52,428 bases of DNA from Vezdaea acicularis. Taxonomy: Eukaryota. Of the stretch, positions 12,497 to 25,885 are shown piece after piece. Location of the stretch: contig JAPEUI010000110.1 in the NCBI GenBank assembly GCA_026025075.1, positions 1-52,428 on the forward strand. Reading direction: 5' to 3'. A program made the position numbers and the translations under genes. Below the pieces are notes generated by a model. The model was not told the origin of the DNA. It was given only the letters and a program-made list of their open reading frames with translations, and searched no databases. The first letter of the stretch is position 1; every line of letters begins with the position of its first letter.

Positions 12497-14122
12497 ATGG
12501 AGGTCGGACGGTCAAGGAATCAGTTACAAAAATCTTCTAGCGCAAATGGCCCTCTTGTACCTTTCCCTTCACTCGATTCAAAAGAGGGCTCACTCTCTTT
12601 GGCAGCAATCCGTCAGCAGCTTCGGCCGGTACTCACTTCTCGTTCCAAAACAATAGAGACGAACATAGTTCAGGATTCTTCTTCTTTGTACAAACGAGAG
12701 CACCTCTTTTCCACACCCCCCCTTCCTAACAGAGCTCCGCCAGCCATCCCGGGGACATCGTCGGATACTCCTCTACCGTCTTGCTTACGACTCCAGCGGG
12801 TGAACCATTTCCCTGGACCAAATCCGACTCCTGGAGGATTACGCCTACATCACTCGACATCTAAATCGAGCCCAATACCGATACGAACAAAACACTCCAT
12901 TGGAAATGTTGATATCAGTCGTGGTCCACTTGATAGGGGTCCCACACAAAATCTTCAAGCTACAGCCACCGCCCCAAGGAACCCAGCAGCTTGTGCCTCG
13001 CCATCTTCAATATCTTCATCAAGTTCTGAGCTCACGGTTTCCACTCCTCGACCCGTGTTACAAGAATCACAGGAGGAATCAACATACTATGTAAATTCTC
13101 CGGTCAGCATCTCCTCGACGAATCCCGACCGAGTGGGCCTACGAGGCACCATTACGTGGTACGATGGCGCGACCATGAATCGAGACTTTGATGAAATCAT
13201 TAAAAATCACTTGGATGGGAAGCTTGCTGGCTTTTTAAATACAACCAGGGGTATCTTCATTAGGATTGGATTCTGTTTGTTCGCTGACGACTACGTCGAG
13301 GATCTACATGGTGACCAGAGAATCTTTGAGACGGTCGATAGCATGCTCGATGAAGTAAGCACTGGGCTTAGAACTATTGAAGTAGGTTTAAGAAGGCTTC
13401 TTGGACGCTGCAAATTGGCTAAAGGCAGTCTACCGCCAATCGAAAGTTTACGGGAGTCCCAGACATCGGATGAGGTGTACTTGTGGGGAAAACTGAACAT
13501 CTGGTAAGGCGCATCCATCTTATAAATTTCCAGAGGGTTCCCAGTAGGGCATCATGTATAGTATTGATAATCGAGCGTCATCGATTGTATCTCCAATCAA
13601 AGTACCCCTTTTCGATCCCTACGGCCCTTGTGTTCTCATCTACACAGTATACCGGCTGGTACCCAAAGCTAATAGAAGCTCAGCAAACAGGATCGGCCGG
13701 TAGGAAATCATGAAATTGAGCTATACAAGATGCTCCAAGAGATCTACATGCAAACAGTTTACCACAACTTCATTCAAGAAGAGCGCCGGTCACCAGCGCG
13801 TTTCAATGGCTCTCTAAAGCCGCGCATCATCGCGGTTGACGAACTCCTTGGATCTGTCATAAAGGTCGCGATGAGTGCGGGGGAGACATACGCGCAGCTC
13901 AACCAGAGTTTCTACGCCTTCGTGTGCAGTACAGTAGATTCGCCTTCAGCCGATAAATGCTTCATTCCCACGGAAGCATGGCGGAGGAATTACTATCGCT
14001 TCTGGCGCTTGCGTGGACAGGTCGATGTAGCCTTGGCTAGCGTTAGGAATGATGGTGTCTGGAGAAGACCAGAAAGGAAGCTAACTAGGTCTGGTTTGAG
14101 GGTACGAGAATGGACCGTCTAA
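12497..14122 (+). CDS. Hypothetical protein, S/P-rich N-terminus and helical C-terminus, tentative 3-exon model
   Basis: The 336-aa ORF ends just after a GTAAGG donor at ~13504. The downstream ORF 13730-14122 is open upstream to an acceptor after GCTAAT near 13685. Exact junctions are uncertain and no family was recognised. Confidence 0.45.
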
Positions 14123-14136
14123 GCTCAGCTTTGTCG

Positions 14137-16257
14137 TCATTCAAACGGGCCCAGTACTTTGGCTGGGTTTATGACATTGCGGAGATGTCGCTAAGTCGTG
14201 GTCAGAAAGTTTCGCCCCGACATTGTAATCATGGGAGCTCACATTCTCGCCATTCTCATCACCAGCTTTCATCAATGCGGGGAAAGTGGCGCATATGATC
14301 CTTGTTCCGGAAAGGGCTGATTCATCCTCGAAGCCAAGAACGTCTTCCATCGAGTTTGTGTCGAATCGGTCCCCCTGTCGCGGCAGCTCCACGGTAAATT
14401 GTGCACGTTGCATACGGAGCGTATGATGGAGCTTGATCGCTTTCTTCGTAATCTCGAGCAGCTCATGATCTGTCCCGTCTGAAGGTTCTTGAGACCGCGA
14501 GAGCATATCGAAGACGGCATCGTGCACTTCGAGCGCGGCCTCATCCACACGTTTCACAAAGTCTGCGTTGTGACTGTGGTATGCTGCCACAAAGGTGACC
14601 GAACGCCAATGATTGACCATATCTGCGGGGCCTTTAAGGTCGTTTGCAATTAGATAGCTACGTAATCGACTGGTCTTACTCACATATGCTCTCCAAATAG
14701 TGCTCCACCTGTTGAATCTGTTCCACGGACTCTTCCGGTAGCCCAATGAAGTAATCATCGAATATCTCGAAGGTGAGGAGTCGGGAAATCAATGCCTGGA
14801 GGACGCATAATTTGTGTTTCGTTAGAAGTTTCTGATAGTCTGGCAAGTCTGCCGTGACGTGTTCGAAATCTTTCGATATGACTGGCGCAGGCATATTAGA
14901 TCTAGCATCAAAGCGAATGCAACGCTTATATAACAAGACCCACCAATTTGCTGCACTTTACGAAATCTCATCACGACCCAGTTCTGTAATCCATGGCCGA
15001 GTGTCTGCATCTCCTCTTTCAGGGCATCGTCGGTCACTTGGCCCTGCATCTTAGTCGATGACGAGATGCTCTTCTTGAGCGAAAGAATCTGGTCTTGAAG
15101 CTGCGAGCGCTCGACGTCGAATGACTTGACCTCGCGATGTAGTTGATGTGCTGCATTCCGCGCATAGTCCAGTTGACTGGCCAGGTCTTGCGAATGGCGA
15201 TCCATGTCGGACTTGACCGACGCGTGGAGCTCATCCAGTCGCCTTTGCTGATCCCGCTCAATTGTGAGATATTGATGGTTCACCTCCGAATGTTTCTGTT
15301 TCCAGAAGTCGACGTTACTGCGTAGACCTCTCACTTGTTCCTTCAAAGCCTCTATTTCGTCGTAGTCTGTGCTGGCTCGTGAAGAGCTGTCTGTGAGTGC
15401 TTCGAGGCTGCGCTCTTGCTCTTCGATCTTCTCGCCTTGCCGTACCCTATCCTCTCGGTAGAGGCGCAGCTCCTCTTCGAATTCTTCCCCTTGGTGCCGG
15501 TGCCAGTCGATCTCCTCTTGCATCTTATCTCGCTCTTCTTTAGCGGTCTGCATGGCTTTCTCTAGCTCCGTAACTCGCGCTTCTGTTACCTGGTTGCCCA
15601 CTCCGTTTGGTTCACCCTTATTAGTAGCCTCCGGAGCTTTAGGGGCGGTAGAGCCAGCCGGAGTTCCCGTGCTACCTCCTGTGAGAGATCTCCTCTTTAT
15701 CTCAGGAACAGGAGGAACATCCTGAGAAGAAAGATCCGGCCGAGCCTTACGTCCGTTGAAGATGGTTGTCTTGGCGCTCCAGCGTTTTGCGCCTTCTTTC
15801 TTCAGGCCCGCCCTGTTACTATTCCTGGCTTCATCTGCTTCTTTGGCAGCCTTCTGTGGCTTCTCAGGCTTGGTCTGCTCGCCGCCCTGTATTAATAGAT
15901 GCTCTCCATCGTCCGAGTGATCCACATCCATCGGAGATGCACGATCTACCGTATGCAAGTCTTCTTCCGGCGCCGGCTTCTCGTGCGCGAGAGCGGCACG
16001 TGGCGGGGTAGTAATAGGGTTCTGGAGCTGAGGAGGGACGGCTTTCTGGGAGTTGGCGGCAGCATCAGCGCGAGGATTGAGTTTGGGTGGCCGTCGGAGG
16101 CGATTTGGGGGATCTATATTGGTTTGGTCAGCTTGATCACCACATTGACTAAGCAGCATATCAAAGGAATGCTCCCGGTAAATATCGCAACAGGAAGAAC
16201 AATGTATAGGAGTAGCTTGAATATACCTCCGCGGTTCCGCATATCTGGGCCGGTCAT
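14137..16257 (-). CDS. Conserved fungal hypothetical coiled-coil protein, about 5 exons
   Basis: Probable start MTGPDMRNRG|DPPNR across an intron at ~16114-16226. A long heptad-rich region precedes QNWVVMRFRK, LQALISRLL...IFDDYFIGL, LRMQRAQF, FPALMKAGDENG and a last exon RHLRNVINPAKVLGPFE*. Confidence 0.72.
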
Positions 16258-17102
16258 TGTATAAGGGTAGATCTGTGCTAAGGGACGGTGGTGTTTCCTT
16301 TTTCCCTACGAAGAGCGCACCATTCACATGCAAGGTAAGGTTTCAGGCGCAGTCAGCCTGCGTGCATATCTCAAAAGTTTCAATTATCCATTGAGCGATA
16401 GAGGAAGTAAAGCAATACACTATTGGGAGTGTGGACCTTTGATCAGCATAGTCTCCGTTATCAGGGAGCAATATGGATAGAAATACTGTTTCCTTAAGGC
16501 AGAAACAGATCTAGATTGGCAAACGCGACGCAAAGAGCGTTGTAGTCAGCTTTAGCGGCAAGTACCCCACAAAGTCCGAAGCTACTGTAGATTCGCATAT
16601 TTCATTCCGAATTCACTACATTGCCGATAGGTGTAGTCTTATGAGTTCGCGTTTAAATTGTCATATGGTCCACATTATTCTTTGTATTTTGATGCGAGAT
16701 ATGTCGATAAAACGAACCCATCGTGGAGGGAGGGTGAATTTGTTGGTAATCATCTAAGCAGAAACCTCAACGCAGAATTACTCGGTTTTTTTTTGTCGCA
16801 TGAAATTGGAGCGACCGCCTTGCGACCAACCAACAGCCACACTACCAGACGGAACCTATGGAGATATTGGGAGAAGGGATTCCTGGCGCAGACAAAGCTC
16901 GAGAGAATGAGACCATAAGCACATAACATTTCAAGTAAATTACACTGCAGAAATCGCTGCATCCTAAGCCTACGCATTCTATGAACCACCAACTTGCTCG
17001 CAACATGCGAAAACTTCCAGCAGAATGATATCCTACGGCGCCCCGACCTTAACTATTCTACAACATGACCAACAATGACGGGCTATGTGGTGACAAGACG
17101 TA

Positions 17103-19142
17103 TCAGTGATATGGAGGATACGGTTGATTGTAGTTATAGCCAGAGCTTCCATTCCCGTCCCGAGATCGATAGTAGTCGTCTGTGAAACCGCCACGCTTGG
17201 GCGGACTGCCTACGTCTGGCATAGGGATGTACTTGTCTCTCGAATCATAGCTCCTTGCTTCTTCCTCTGCGGCCCGCCGAGCCCAGTCTGGACGTCTGCG
17301 ATCGTCATCAATGTCTACAGCGTTTGATGGTGGGTAGCCCAGAAGGTCGTTGTCCGAGCGCCTGAACGGTTCATCTCTTGTATATGAGTTACTTCGACGA
17401 CGCCGGGAAGGGCCATTTGCTATACTCGACGTCCTATGGTGAGTACGTGAATCGGATAGAGGAATATCTATGCCGCTTTCGCTCGGTCTAGGTCTGTTTA
17501 CCGACTGGGTTCGTCCAAGAGGGCTCGTAATCTCTGGTTCGCCTTCATAAGTCTTCCCGCCACCAGGCTGAGCGCTGTAAGGTTTTCGCTCTCGTTCTAT
17601 GCTCGGAGCTGGTGATTCCTCGATTGAAGATTCTTTGACTGGACCTCCATAAGGTTTCCGCTCTCTCTCCAGCGTCTCGCTCTTCGGGGGCAGCCCAGCT
17701 GATGAAGACATGGACTTTGCTCTTGAAGGTATATCTGCCTTACTAAGCTTGTGTGAATCATTAGCATCATCTAGCTTTAAAGCTCTTCTGAAATTGCCCC
17801 GGACTCGGGAGTCCTCTGTTTTAGGAAAGAGGCGACGGTTTACTTCCTTTGGAAAGCGCTCCTGCTCCTTCAATGCATCGGGGTTGTCGATGGCTAGATG
17901 CAGAATCGCTTTTTGCAACCTCTGAACTTCGTCATCTGGATGGGCTAAAAGAAGAATAGTCATCCATTGAGCAAAGCCGCGAGGTGTAAGCGCGGGAATA
18001 TAGGGTGTCTGGGAGTTCTTGACTTGGACGAAATGATGTTCGCAATCAAGCTCGCAGTAAATACGTGACAGGTCATCGCTGGGACCTTCAAATATTTCTG
18101 TGCAAAAATTAGTGAGAGAGAGCCACCTAGATATATACAGGGAAACATACTCGTCCATGGATAACACTCCGTCGACAACTTGAAAAGTTCGTAGTATTTG
18201 GCCATTTTGGAAGGGGTTACCACTAAAGTACGAGCAGGCATGAAGTCCTCGTTCTAAACAACCAAAAGGCGTGAGTACGAATCAAAAACATGACAAAGGG
18301 TCCCTTACAATTCGATTAGCAAGCCCACGAAGTATCTGCCCCAGCCTTAGGGTAGGCTTTCCCGCTTCGTCGAATAAAGTCCCCCACGTCTTGTCCAATG
18401 GGCTTTCCTCGCTCACACTGTACATTCGAGATGGCTTATTCCGTGTAGGACTCGGCTCTCGTGGTTCAGGCGACGGCGCCTCTCGCTCGGAAAATCGAGT
18501 CCTACTATCTCGCGGGCTGCGAGGCTCTCGTGGGCTCGTTGGCCTATAACTAGGCATGGTGGTTGGCATCGAGGACTGAACGGATGGCGATGCAGTGGAT
18601 GGCGATTCATTTTTGCGAGGAGAAGGAGGTGTGTAGAGTGATCGTGACGCCATTGAAGGCGATGCGGAGCTAGAGCCGGGGTAGGGCATGGGGGTGGCCT
18701 TCGGAGCCGCTGCATTCTCGAGACCAGCATTATTTAAACGCTTGATGACGTCCTCCGTAATCTGAGCAATCAGTTCCGGTGGGTATTTTGATGTGTCGGC
18801 TGTGTGAAATGCTGATGAAACGGCTTCACGAGTGGTTTCACTGCTGTACCCATCGCCACGGGGAGGAGCCGTTGAATGCGGCCTCGAGTCGCGAGCGGGG
18901 TCTAGATTGTACCCATCCCCCCGACTGATGGAGATAGGGGTAGCTCTTGGATCGCGCAGGGTCTCTTGACTGTAGTTCTCATTGTGAGCTGTAGATGGTG
19001 CATGAGGTTTGGCATCGCGAGGATCTAGCGAGTATGGCTGCGAGTATCCGGCTGGTATCTGCGAGTAGTCGGTAAACCCTGCGCCAGGCTGCCCAGCCGG
19101 TGGCGGGCCTGGTTGCGGGCTTCGATAGCCATCGTATGCCAT
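17103..19142 (-). CDS. DUF7514-like domain protein with P/S-rich flanks, 3 exons
   Basis: WGTLFDEAGKPTLRLGQILRGLAN...VVTPSKMAKYY...LSRIYCELDCEHHFVQ...IPALTPRGFAQWMT...HPDDEVQRLQK...ERFPKE, plus two ERERKPY motifs. Family assignment is from memory. Confidence 0.8.
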
Positions 19143-20791
19143 GATGATGTTGTACTCTCGGTGGGTGCTGGGTGATCACGGTTGCCGTTGAGTCGAGGCA
19201 GTGGGGGAGAGACGAAAGGGGTCCTCAGTGCAACAGAAGAGAGGTTGCGGATCAGTGACGCAGCGTGGGAGAGGGAAAGGTGATGATGGGGTCGTTGGCC
19301 GACGAATCGCGCAGAAACTCGGCTGAGCTTCTACAGGTGTCGTTTAGACCGACCAGCCGGCTCGATTGCTGCGATGCCCCTCGTCAGGCAGCGTTCCGCT
19401 ACTGCACGACGATTGCGCACCAGGCCAGGCTCACCAATCGCCGTCTCAACGTCCTTACGGCGGGGGCGTGGTTTGGTTAGATTTCTTCGGGCAACAAGGC
19501 TGCGATTGTTCAATCGCGAGGTTCGAAATCGGGGATGGTCGGGATATAAATGGCGTGAGCGGTCAGTTGATGCGGGGTTGCAAAGTCCCAACAGCGCTCG
19601 AGAAAGAGGCTGTTATGGCTTGATGAAGGGGATATCACGACGGATCTTTCCCAGGGGAGCGATGCCTGCAGCTGAGAAGATGGCTATCGTGGTACAGCTG
19701 TGCTCTGTATGCTCCAACGCCCCATTCTGGTCGCAACGGATTTGATAAGATCTTCCTCGTGGGTGGGCCCTTTGTCATACGTCAACGACGCGGCAATATC
19801 AGGGTGGCCTGCGGCAAGTATTCCAAGAAGTCGCTTGGGGGTCGAATCCCAGTCTCTCTCCGATGAACCTGCTTCCCGAACGCGTCCACCACCCTATAGA
19901 TAAAAACCGGGCAACAAATGGTCGATGCAGCAGAGAGGCCTGCAGGGAATAAACGGCCGGTGATGTCCTGCAGGTGGATGGATCGACCGTACCCTTACAG
20001 CGATGGTGGCAAAGGCTCGTTCGCTCAAGGGCAGGAACAAAAGCGCCAAGAGGAGCTGTCCTATTCTTGAGTAAATCCTATAGCCAGCCCTTGGCTTTCA
20101 CTCATATTCTATTTCATTCCCATATGTTCTGGTGGCACGTGGCATCGGTCCTGGTCAAGCACTGAGTCCGATGATGTCAGCCGTTGCCATCTGCGCTCAA
20201 GTACTTCTTCACCCCCCAACTCCTGAAACGGCACCTCACACCATCCCACTAACGTTTTGCGCGAATTGACTTCGGCGCCCCTCCCTCGACATCTGAGTCT
20301 CGGACTACGCAATTGCTTTGGTAAGTTTTCGTCTGCACTACGAGACATCGCGTAATTTCAAGATTCAAAGCATTCACTCTTAATATGGGTAGCGTGATCC
20401 ACGGCAATCAAGATGTAGGAAAAGAGCATCCTGGGCTCCCATTTGCTCCTAAGCCACAGGTAGTTCTCGTTGGACAGTGTCATTTCAGAAATATTAGCAT
20501 TGTATCGGGCGGTCAGTGGAAGTGGTGTTCGATTTTTTCATCAGTCTACTAGAAGTGGTCTTCCTGGAAGCTCTCCCCTGCAAAAAACCTCAAAGAATGA
20601 AGATACACCACCAAAGTGGATTCTCAGATTTGCCACGGCGGTCATGACTGTTCCTCTAAAGATGAGAATTCGTCGCTTGCTTGGCAGCTTTATTGACTCG
20701 CTTGTTGGCAGCTGAAATGGTACTGGACTGCTGACGCGTTTCATCCAAATCCCTTCGTTCATTGCTATAGATGATGACCTCGAATACGCCC

Positions 20792-22142
20792 TTACCAGTT
20801 TCCACCGTCCTCGTCGTCGTCGCCGTCCTCATAATCCTCATAATAGAGAGTGTCCTCTTCCGTAGCATTCGAAGCGGACTTTTCTTCTAGTTTTTGCCAT
20901 GCCACTAGCTCTTGTCCGGCTTTAGATCTGGGAAATTTGACGCTTCCCTAAAAAGCATGGGTCAGCTTCATGTCACCGTTGATGATCTCGATCTATCTTG
21001 TCATCACCTACTTTAACTTTAACAAAGCCAGAGTGCCCTTTCTTCAGTGTCGGCGCGCTGTATCTTTCTCTGGACTTGACAGAAACGGCGCTATTGGACG
21101 GTGTAAGTATCATCCGCATAGAGCGTGACGAATCCGAGCTTGCAGATGATTGATCCGGTGTCCTTGCAGGGCTGAATGATTCGGAGCTCGTAGATGATGG
21201 AACCCGCGTCCGGACGTGCCCCACTCCGTGTTGATCATATGCAGTGAATGGAATCCCGTCGGCTGTAGAGTTTTGAGACCCTAAAAGACTTCGAACCTTT
21301 CGAGAATCTGAAGTAACCCAACTGCGCTCACTAGATGTGTCGCTCCTGAAAGATGTAGTAGAAGCCTCATCGGTAGCGCTTACAACACTTTCTCCGTTCT
21401 CGCTCAACGAATCACAGCCGCTAGGGGTTGAGGTTTCGCAATAAGTAGAGAGGTTACCCAGTCTGTATTCCAGCCCGGTCACATCGCTACCTGCCCATTC
21501 GACAGAATCATCAGGATCACTGGCCTATCATAATTATGAGCTGGTTCGCCTGTGACGAATAACTTGATCTTGGACTCACGCTTCGACCTGAAGTCGATCG
21601 GTCTGAGGCAACCTCGAACGGTTCACGCCCTGGCTCGGTGTCCCAAGTAATCTCGACGCAGTCCCTGCACCGCTGTTTCGTTGTTAGTGATGCACCTATA
21701 AGACCAATGCTCAGTCCGGCCTTACTGCAGATTCTGGAGCGCTGCGCTGTTTGGACGAGAACTCATTGGCAGCTTTATATTTGAGGCAAGTGACACATTC
21801 AAGCTCAACTTGTTGAGAAGGCGTGCAGAGACGACATTTGATCACCTTGTTGGTAGAAGCAAAGTTTTTTCCCATCTTGTAGACTTTCCAACGAAGCTCA
21901 TTGAGTTGTGTTTGGGAGTATCTTTCAGGTTTCAAGGCCTTTTCGCAAATCTTGCATATGATTCTACGCGCAGGGTCAGTCGTAAAGCCGCGATGAGAAT
22001 GAATTGTTTCTCACTTCACTGGGAGCTCCACACGCTTGAGACTGGAGTGATGAGAGATTAGCAGTGTACATTGGCCGGCCTTTGGAGAGGAGGCTTACTT
22101 CACATCGTTTCTGTCATTAAGATATAGGCCACGGTCTGCCAT
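20792..22142 (-). CDS. Stc1-domain (tandem zinc finger) protein, about 6 exons
   Basis: Hand splicing gives MADRGLYLNDRND...LKRVELPVK-IICKICEK...YSQTQLNELR...IKCRLCT..QQVELECVTCLKYKAANEFSSKQR...RCRDCV: four CxxC pairs with Stc1-like spacing, then an S-rich region and acidic tail ending DGGNW*. Confidence 0.75.
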
Positions 22143-25100
22143 AGCTGAGGCGGACGTCTGACTGTTTCGTTATTGGGATCTCAGCCTTCCCTTTCCTCTC
22201 GTTCTCTAATTTGTAAGATTAATCTTGCTCCTTGAAAGCAGTAGCTATTGAGCGACGAAGTGGGTCGGCTGGAAGACACAAAGAGATTGACTCCTCTGAG
22301 TCGAGATAGTGAACCTACTGAGGGTTTCGAAACTTCTAGAAGAGATCCCTCAAAACATTCCAGGAAAGAAGGTTTACTATCAACCCGAATGGAAGAATGG
22401 TCAAATGAAAGTGAGGGTGAAAACTGAACACTAAGTGTGTGCAGGTTCGTGTGAGTAAACGAGACCTAAGAGCGTAGAGAGAGACGAGACATAGCTTGCC
22501 CTAAGTCATATTCTGAGTTATATGAGGACGAGTATTAGAATATAGGTCGGCGGTAATGGTGGTCCTGTATCAAGCGGCTTTGTGTACTGTCGTGACTTTC
22601 CTTTTTTGGAATGTGCGAGATGCAACACATCAGTTTACCAAATCAATGAGTATCCGTCACAGGTCTGACACAGATCTCTATCAATATTCATCGATATGAG
22701 ACGGCCTATATTGCGAACAGGAAGCATCCCTTGGAGCATCAAACACCAAGTTCCAGGTTTGGAAAGATGAGTGGGAAGCTGGGCCGAACTCGAAAGAAGT
22801 TCCTCGAGACAGATACCCGTTTACAGCATTTTACCCTGTTCCTAAGCTGTCAAGAATAGCGACTGGTCCAAAGCGCCATTTATGGCTAGCCATAACCTCT
22901 ACAGGTCTCTAACGGCCCTTATTACGGAACGTACGTGTTAAATCGACTGTGTACAGTTATAGGCCTACACGGGTGGGTCGAAGCTATCCATAAGTCCTCC
23001 GTTTCTTTCTAGCTATCTATCAATGAGGCGCAGAGGTGTGCAGATGCTCGGTACGCTCTTCGTGGCCTCTTAAGAAGGTGGTTATCGCTATGGGATACAA
23101 CAGAAGCAACTTTAGAACGGCCGTCGAGGTTCTATCTGTTTCCACTGGCCGTCGAAGGAGCCGTGAGCAGCTATGGCTAGTAATGTATACGGTATCTACG
23201 AGAAGGCCCACCGCAGGCATCCAACAGTCATGGCTATTTCACATTTTGGAGCTCTTGAATAGGATCCTCTCCGCCCAGCCAGACCGGACAGGGTTGACCT
23301 CTACGTCGGTCACGGCATGCAAGTACCGTTTTCCCTTGCACCACTCAAGCCCGGCGAGATCATCAAACGAGTATTCCTCGATCGTCCATGATCGCAAGAG
23401 GATTATATGGGCTACAGGAGAAATATTCGGAGGCCAGGGATAAAGTATAAAGATGCTGTAAGAAAGCTAAGAATGATGACATCCGTGGGAATGTCATATT
23501 TTGCCTCCAACGGTCCTTATCAGTCAGAATCTTCCGCACCAAGCGTTTTCGGCCATGCCCTCCTGGCGGCAGCAACATACCGTTCGTTGCGAAGACCCTT
23601 CTCCATCAAAGGCTGAGATCTGGGGACCGAGAAGCGAATGTTGCTGAGCAGGGAGGTGATCGACCCACAGGATGATCTTGCTGGGAACCCGAAGTGATGG
23701 GAAAGGGCTCCACCGAAGAGATGGCCCGCCGGCGCTCCCGCATCCGCGCAGGCGGGCCGGGCGGGATTCCGAAACGGCGCCACCAATCAGGAGCGCCGGA
23801 GAGAAAAGTCGGGTTAGCGCCAGGCACGGGACGAATGAGCGGGCATGTGGACGCGGCCACAGCTCGTTCTTAGCCTCTCCGCCGACGCTCTCGAACCGCT
23901 GCGGCGGGAACGGAGGACACGGGCCATCCAGGCCCATCCTGGGGCCATGCCGCCTCGGTCATACAAGAGAAGGAACGGAGGGCCAGAAAGCGAGAGGGCA
24001 AGAGGACGGCGGACAAGGAGGGGAGCTTGATGGTGCTGTGGCGATGGGCATTGAGAGCGATCGCATCGACGGCCCAATGCGGCGCCCCGCCATGATCGAA
24101 ATTGGCTCACCGCCGCTCGTTACCCACCGTCGACTAGCCCGCCGTGCTTCCCCCATCCGTATCTTCACGGGCGCGCCTGCCTTTCGAGTTCTCAGGAGGC
24201 GCGTCCAAAGCGAGACATTTCGCCTTCACGCTAACCCCGTGACGGCCGACTGCGGCTTTCGCGGTGCTCTCTGCTCAACGCTCAAAGCATGTTGGCACCA
24301 CGCATCGCATTCAACACGGTGCCGTACACAGCTCGACGGGTACCTGCTACAGTGCGGTATGAGATCACTGCCTGGGCACGGAGAATGGAGAGGCAGAGGA
24401 CGGAGATCAGTGCATCGGTGGTCCAGCAAGCTCGTCCGGCATCCGTGGGACCCTCCTCTCTCCCCCTGACTGCCCAACCTTGTTCTTGGGGGTGTGGGCG
24501 GACGGCGGGCAGCAACAGGGCAGCGACCGACAGGGCCGCCCTCTGGATCGGCAGCGGCCGTCAAGCGAAAACGTCGTCGTACGGCCTGCCCCTGCCCCTT
24601 TGGTCCCATCCGTCCAATCAGGTGCGCCCTACTGCTTACGGCAGGAGGGTCGATGATGATGAAGATCTGGACGTTTTGGGGGGGTTTTCCGTCACAAATC
24701 AATTGAAACAACAATAAGAATCTCGTTGCACGAGAATGGGCTTGTCTGTCCGATAGAGAGAGAGAAAAGAGTTCACCGTTCATCGTGCTCGCGCGCCTGT
24801 CAAAGTAGCGTGGGCCAGCCGTCGGCCCCACAGACCGCTCCGGCAAGCGCGCAGGCACGGCGCACAAGCGTGCCCGCTGCTCCCCATCGCGTTGTTGCTC
24901 AGCTCATCATGGAGTCAGTCCCTTTCAGACGCTGCGCTGCGGTCCTTTTAACGCGTCGTACAGCATCGCATTGTTTACATGACAGAGAAACAGGATCCTC
25001 AATCGAATCAGGCTTACAATTTCGCTGTGCCATCCCCATTGTCGCTGTCCTCGTCGCCGTTCATGTCGCTGTTGAGTGACCTTGAAATTGCGCGCGCCCC

Positions 25101-25885
25101 TCGCCCAAAAAGTAGTTGCAGGGCGCTGTCACACCGTCCGATGTCCCTGGACGGGCGCCCCGGCGCGGTCCAATTTCCAGCGGCGGCGTTCTCGAGCGGC
25201 CGTTCTCACGCCAAACCTTATCCGAGATTCGCCCTTGGCTGCCCACCTTTGCCCTGACCTGCAAGCACACCCCTCGAAACCTGTCCCTCTCCCCCTATGT
25301 CCCTCTTCGCAAGCAGCACACCCGTCCACGCCCGCCCGCTTCCCCTTCTTCGCCGGCGCCCCCCCAGCCAGAACGCCGTCTCGCTCTCGCTCCATTGCCG
25401 TTGCGACCCCATCACGCTTTAGGCTCAACTAGGAAGACGAGAAATGAAGGCCATCATCGCTCGACCTCGTAGCCTCTCTTCACCACTGTTAGGGGGCGTC
25501 CGACTGGACAATAGCGACGAGGCGCCAATCTTTCTCCGTCCCATCATCGCTGCAGCGCGCGACCCCCAAGCACGCCGCCAGTGAGCGGCACACGCTACGT
25601 GGGACTCTGTCACTGATCGCTTTTCTCACGAATCACGCCCCCGACAAGTCACTCTACCTTCTTCACCCTTTCCAACCAACCCTCGTTGCCAGCTCGTCGA
25701 CCTCCTCACTCTTTCTCTTTCCCCATCGCCAGTCCTCTCACCTCTCGAACTCGTCGTGGGCATTCAGGCGGACACTCAGCTTGAAACCGTCACGCGAAGC
25801 TTGCTCCAATACACCACTCGCTCCCTCTTTTGAGACCCAGAAGTCATCCTCAACATCGGAATTTTCAGCCTCGTTCTAGGGTCTA

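Noticed and set aside
23672..25472. Long overlapping ORFs (265 aa, 213 aa and others)
   Set aside because: They are rich in R/G/P/A, open in several frames on both strands and have no motifs, as expected from stop-codon scarcity in GC-rich DNA.
23581..25500. Minus-strand telomerase RNA ending at the orphan GTATGT donor
   Set aside because: The best template-like match is only 7 nt (CCCTAAC near 25490) and there is no Sm-like site before the donor.
23783..25529. Five CCAAT boxes upstream of Ime2
   Set aside because: About 3-4 are expected by chance in 1.8 kb on two strands.
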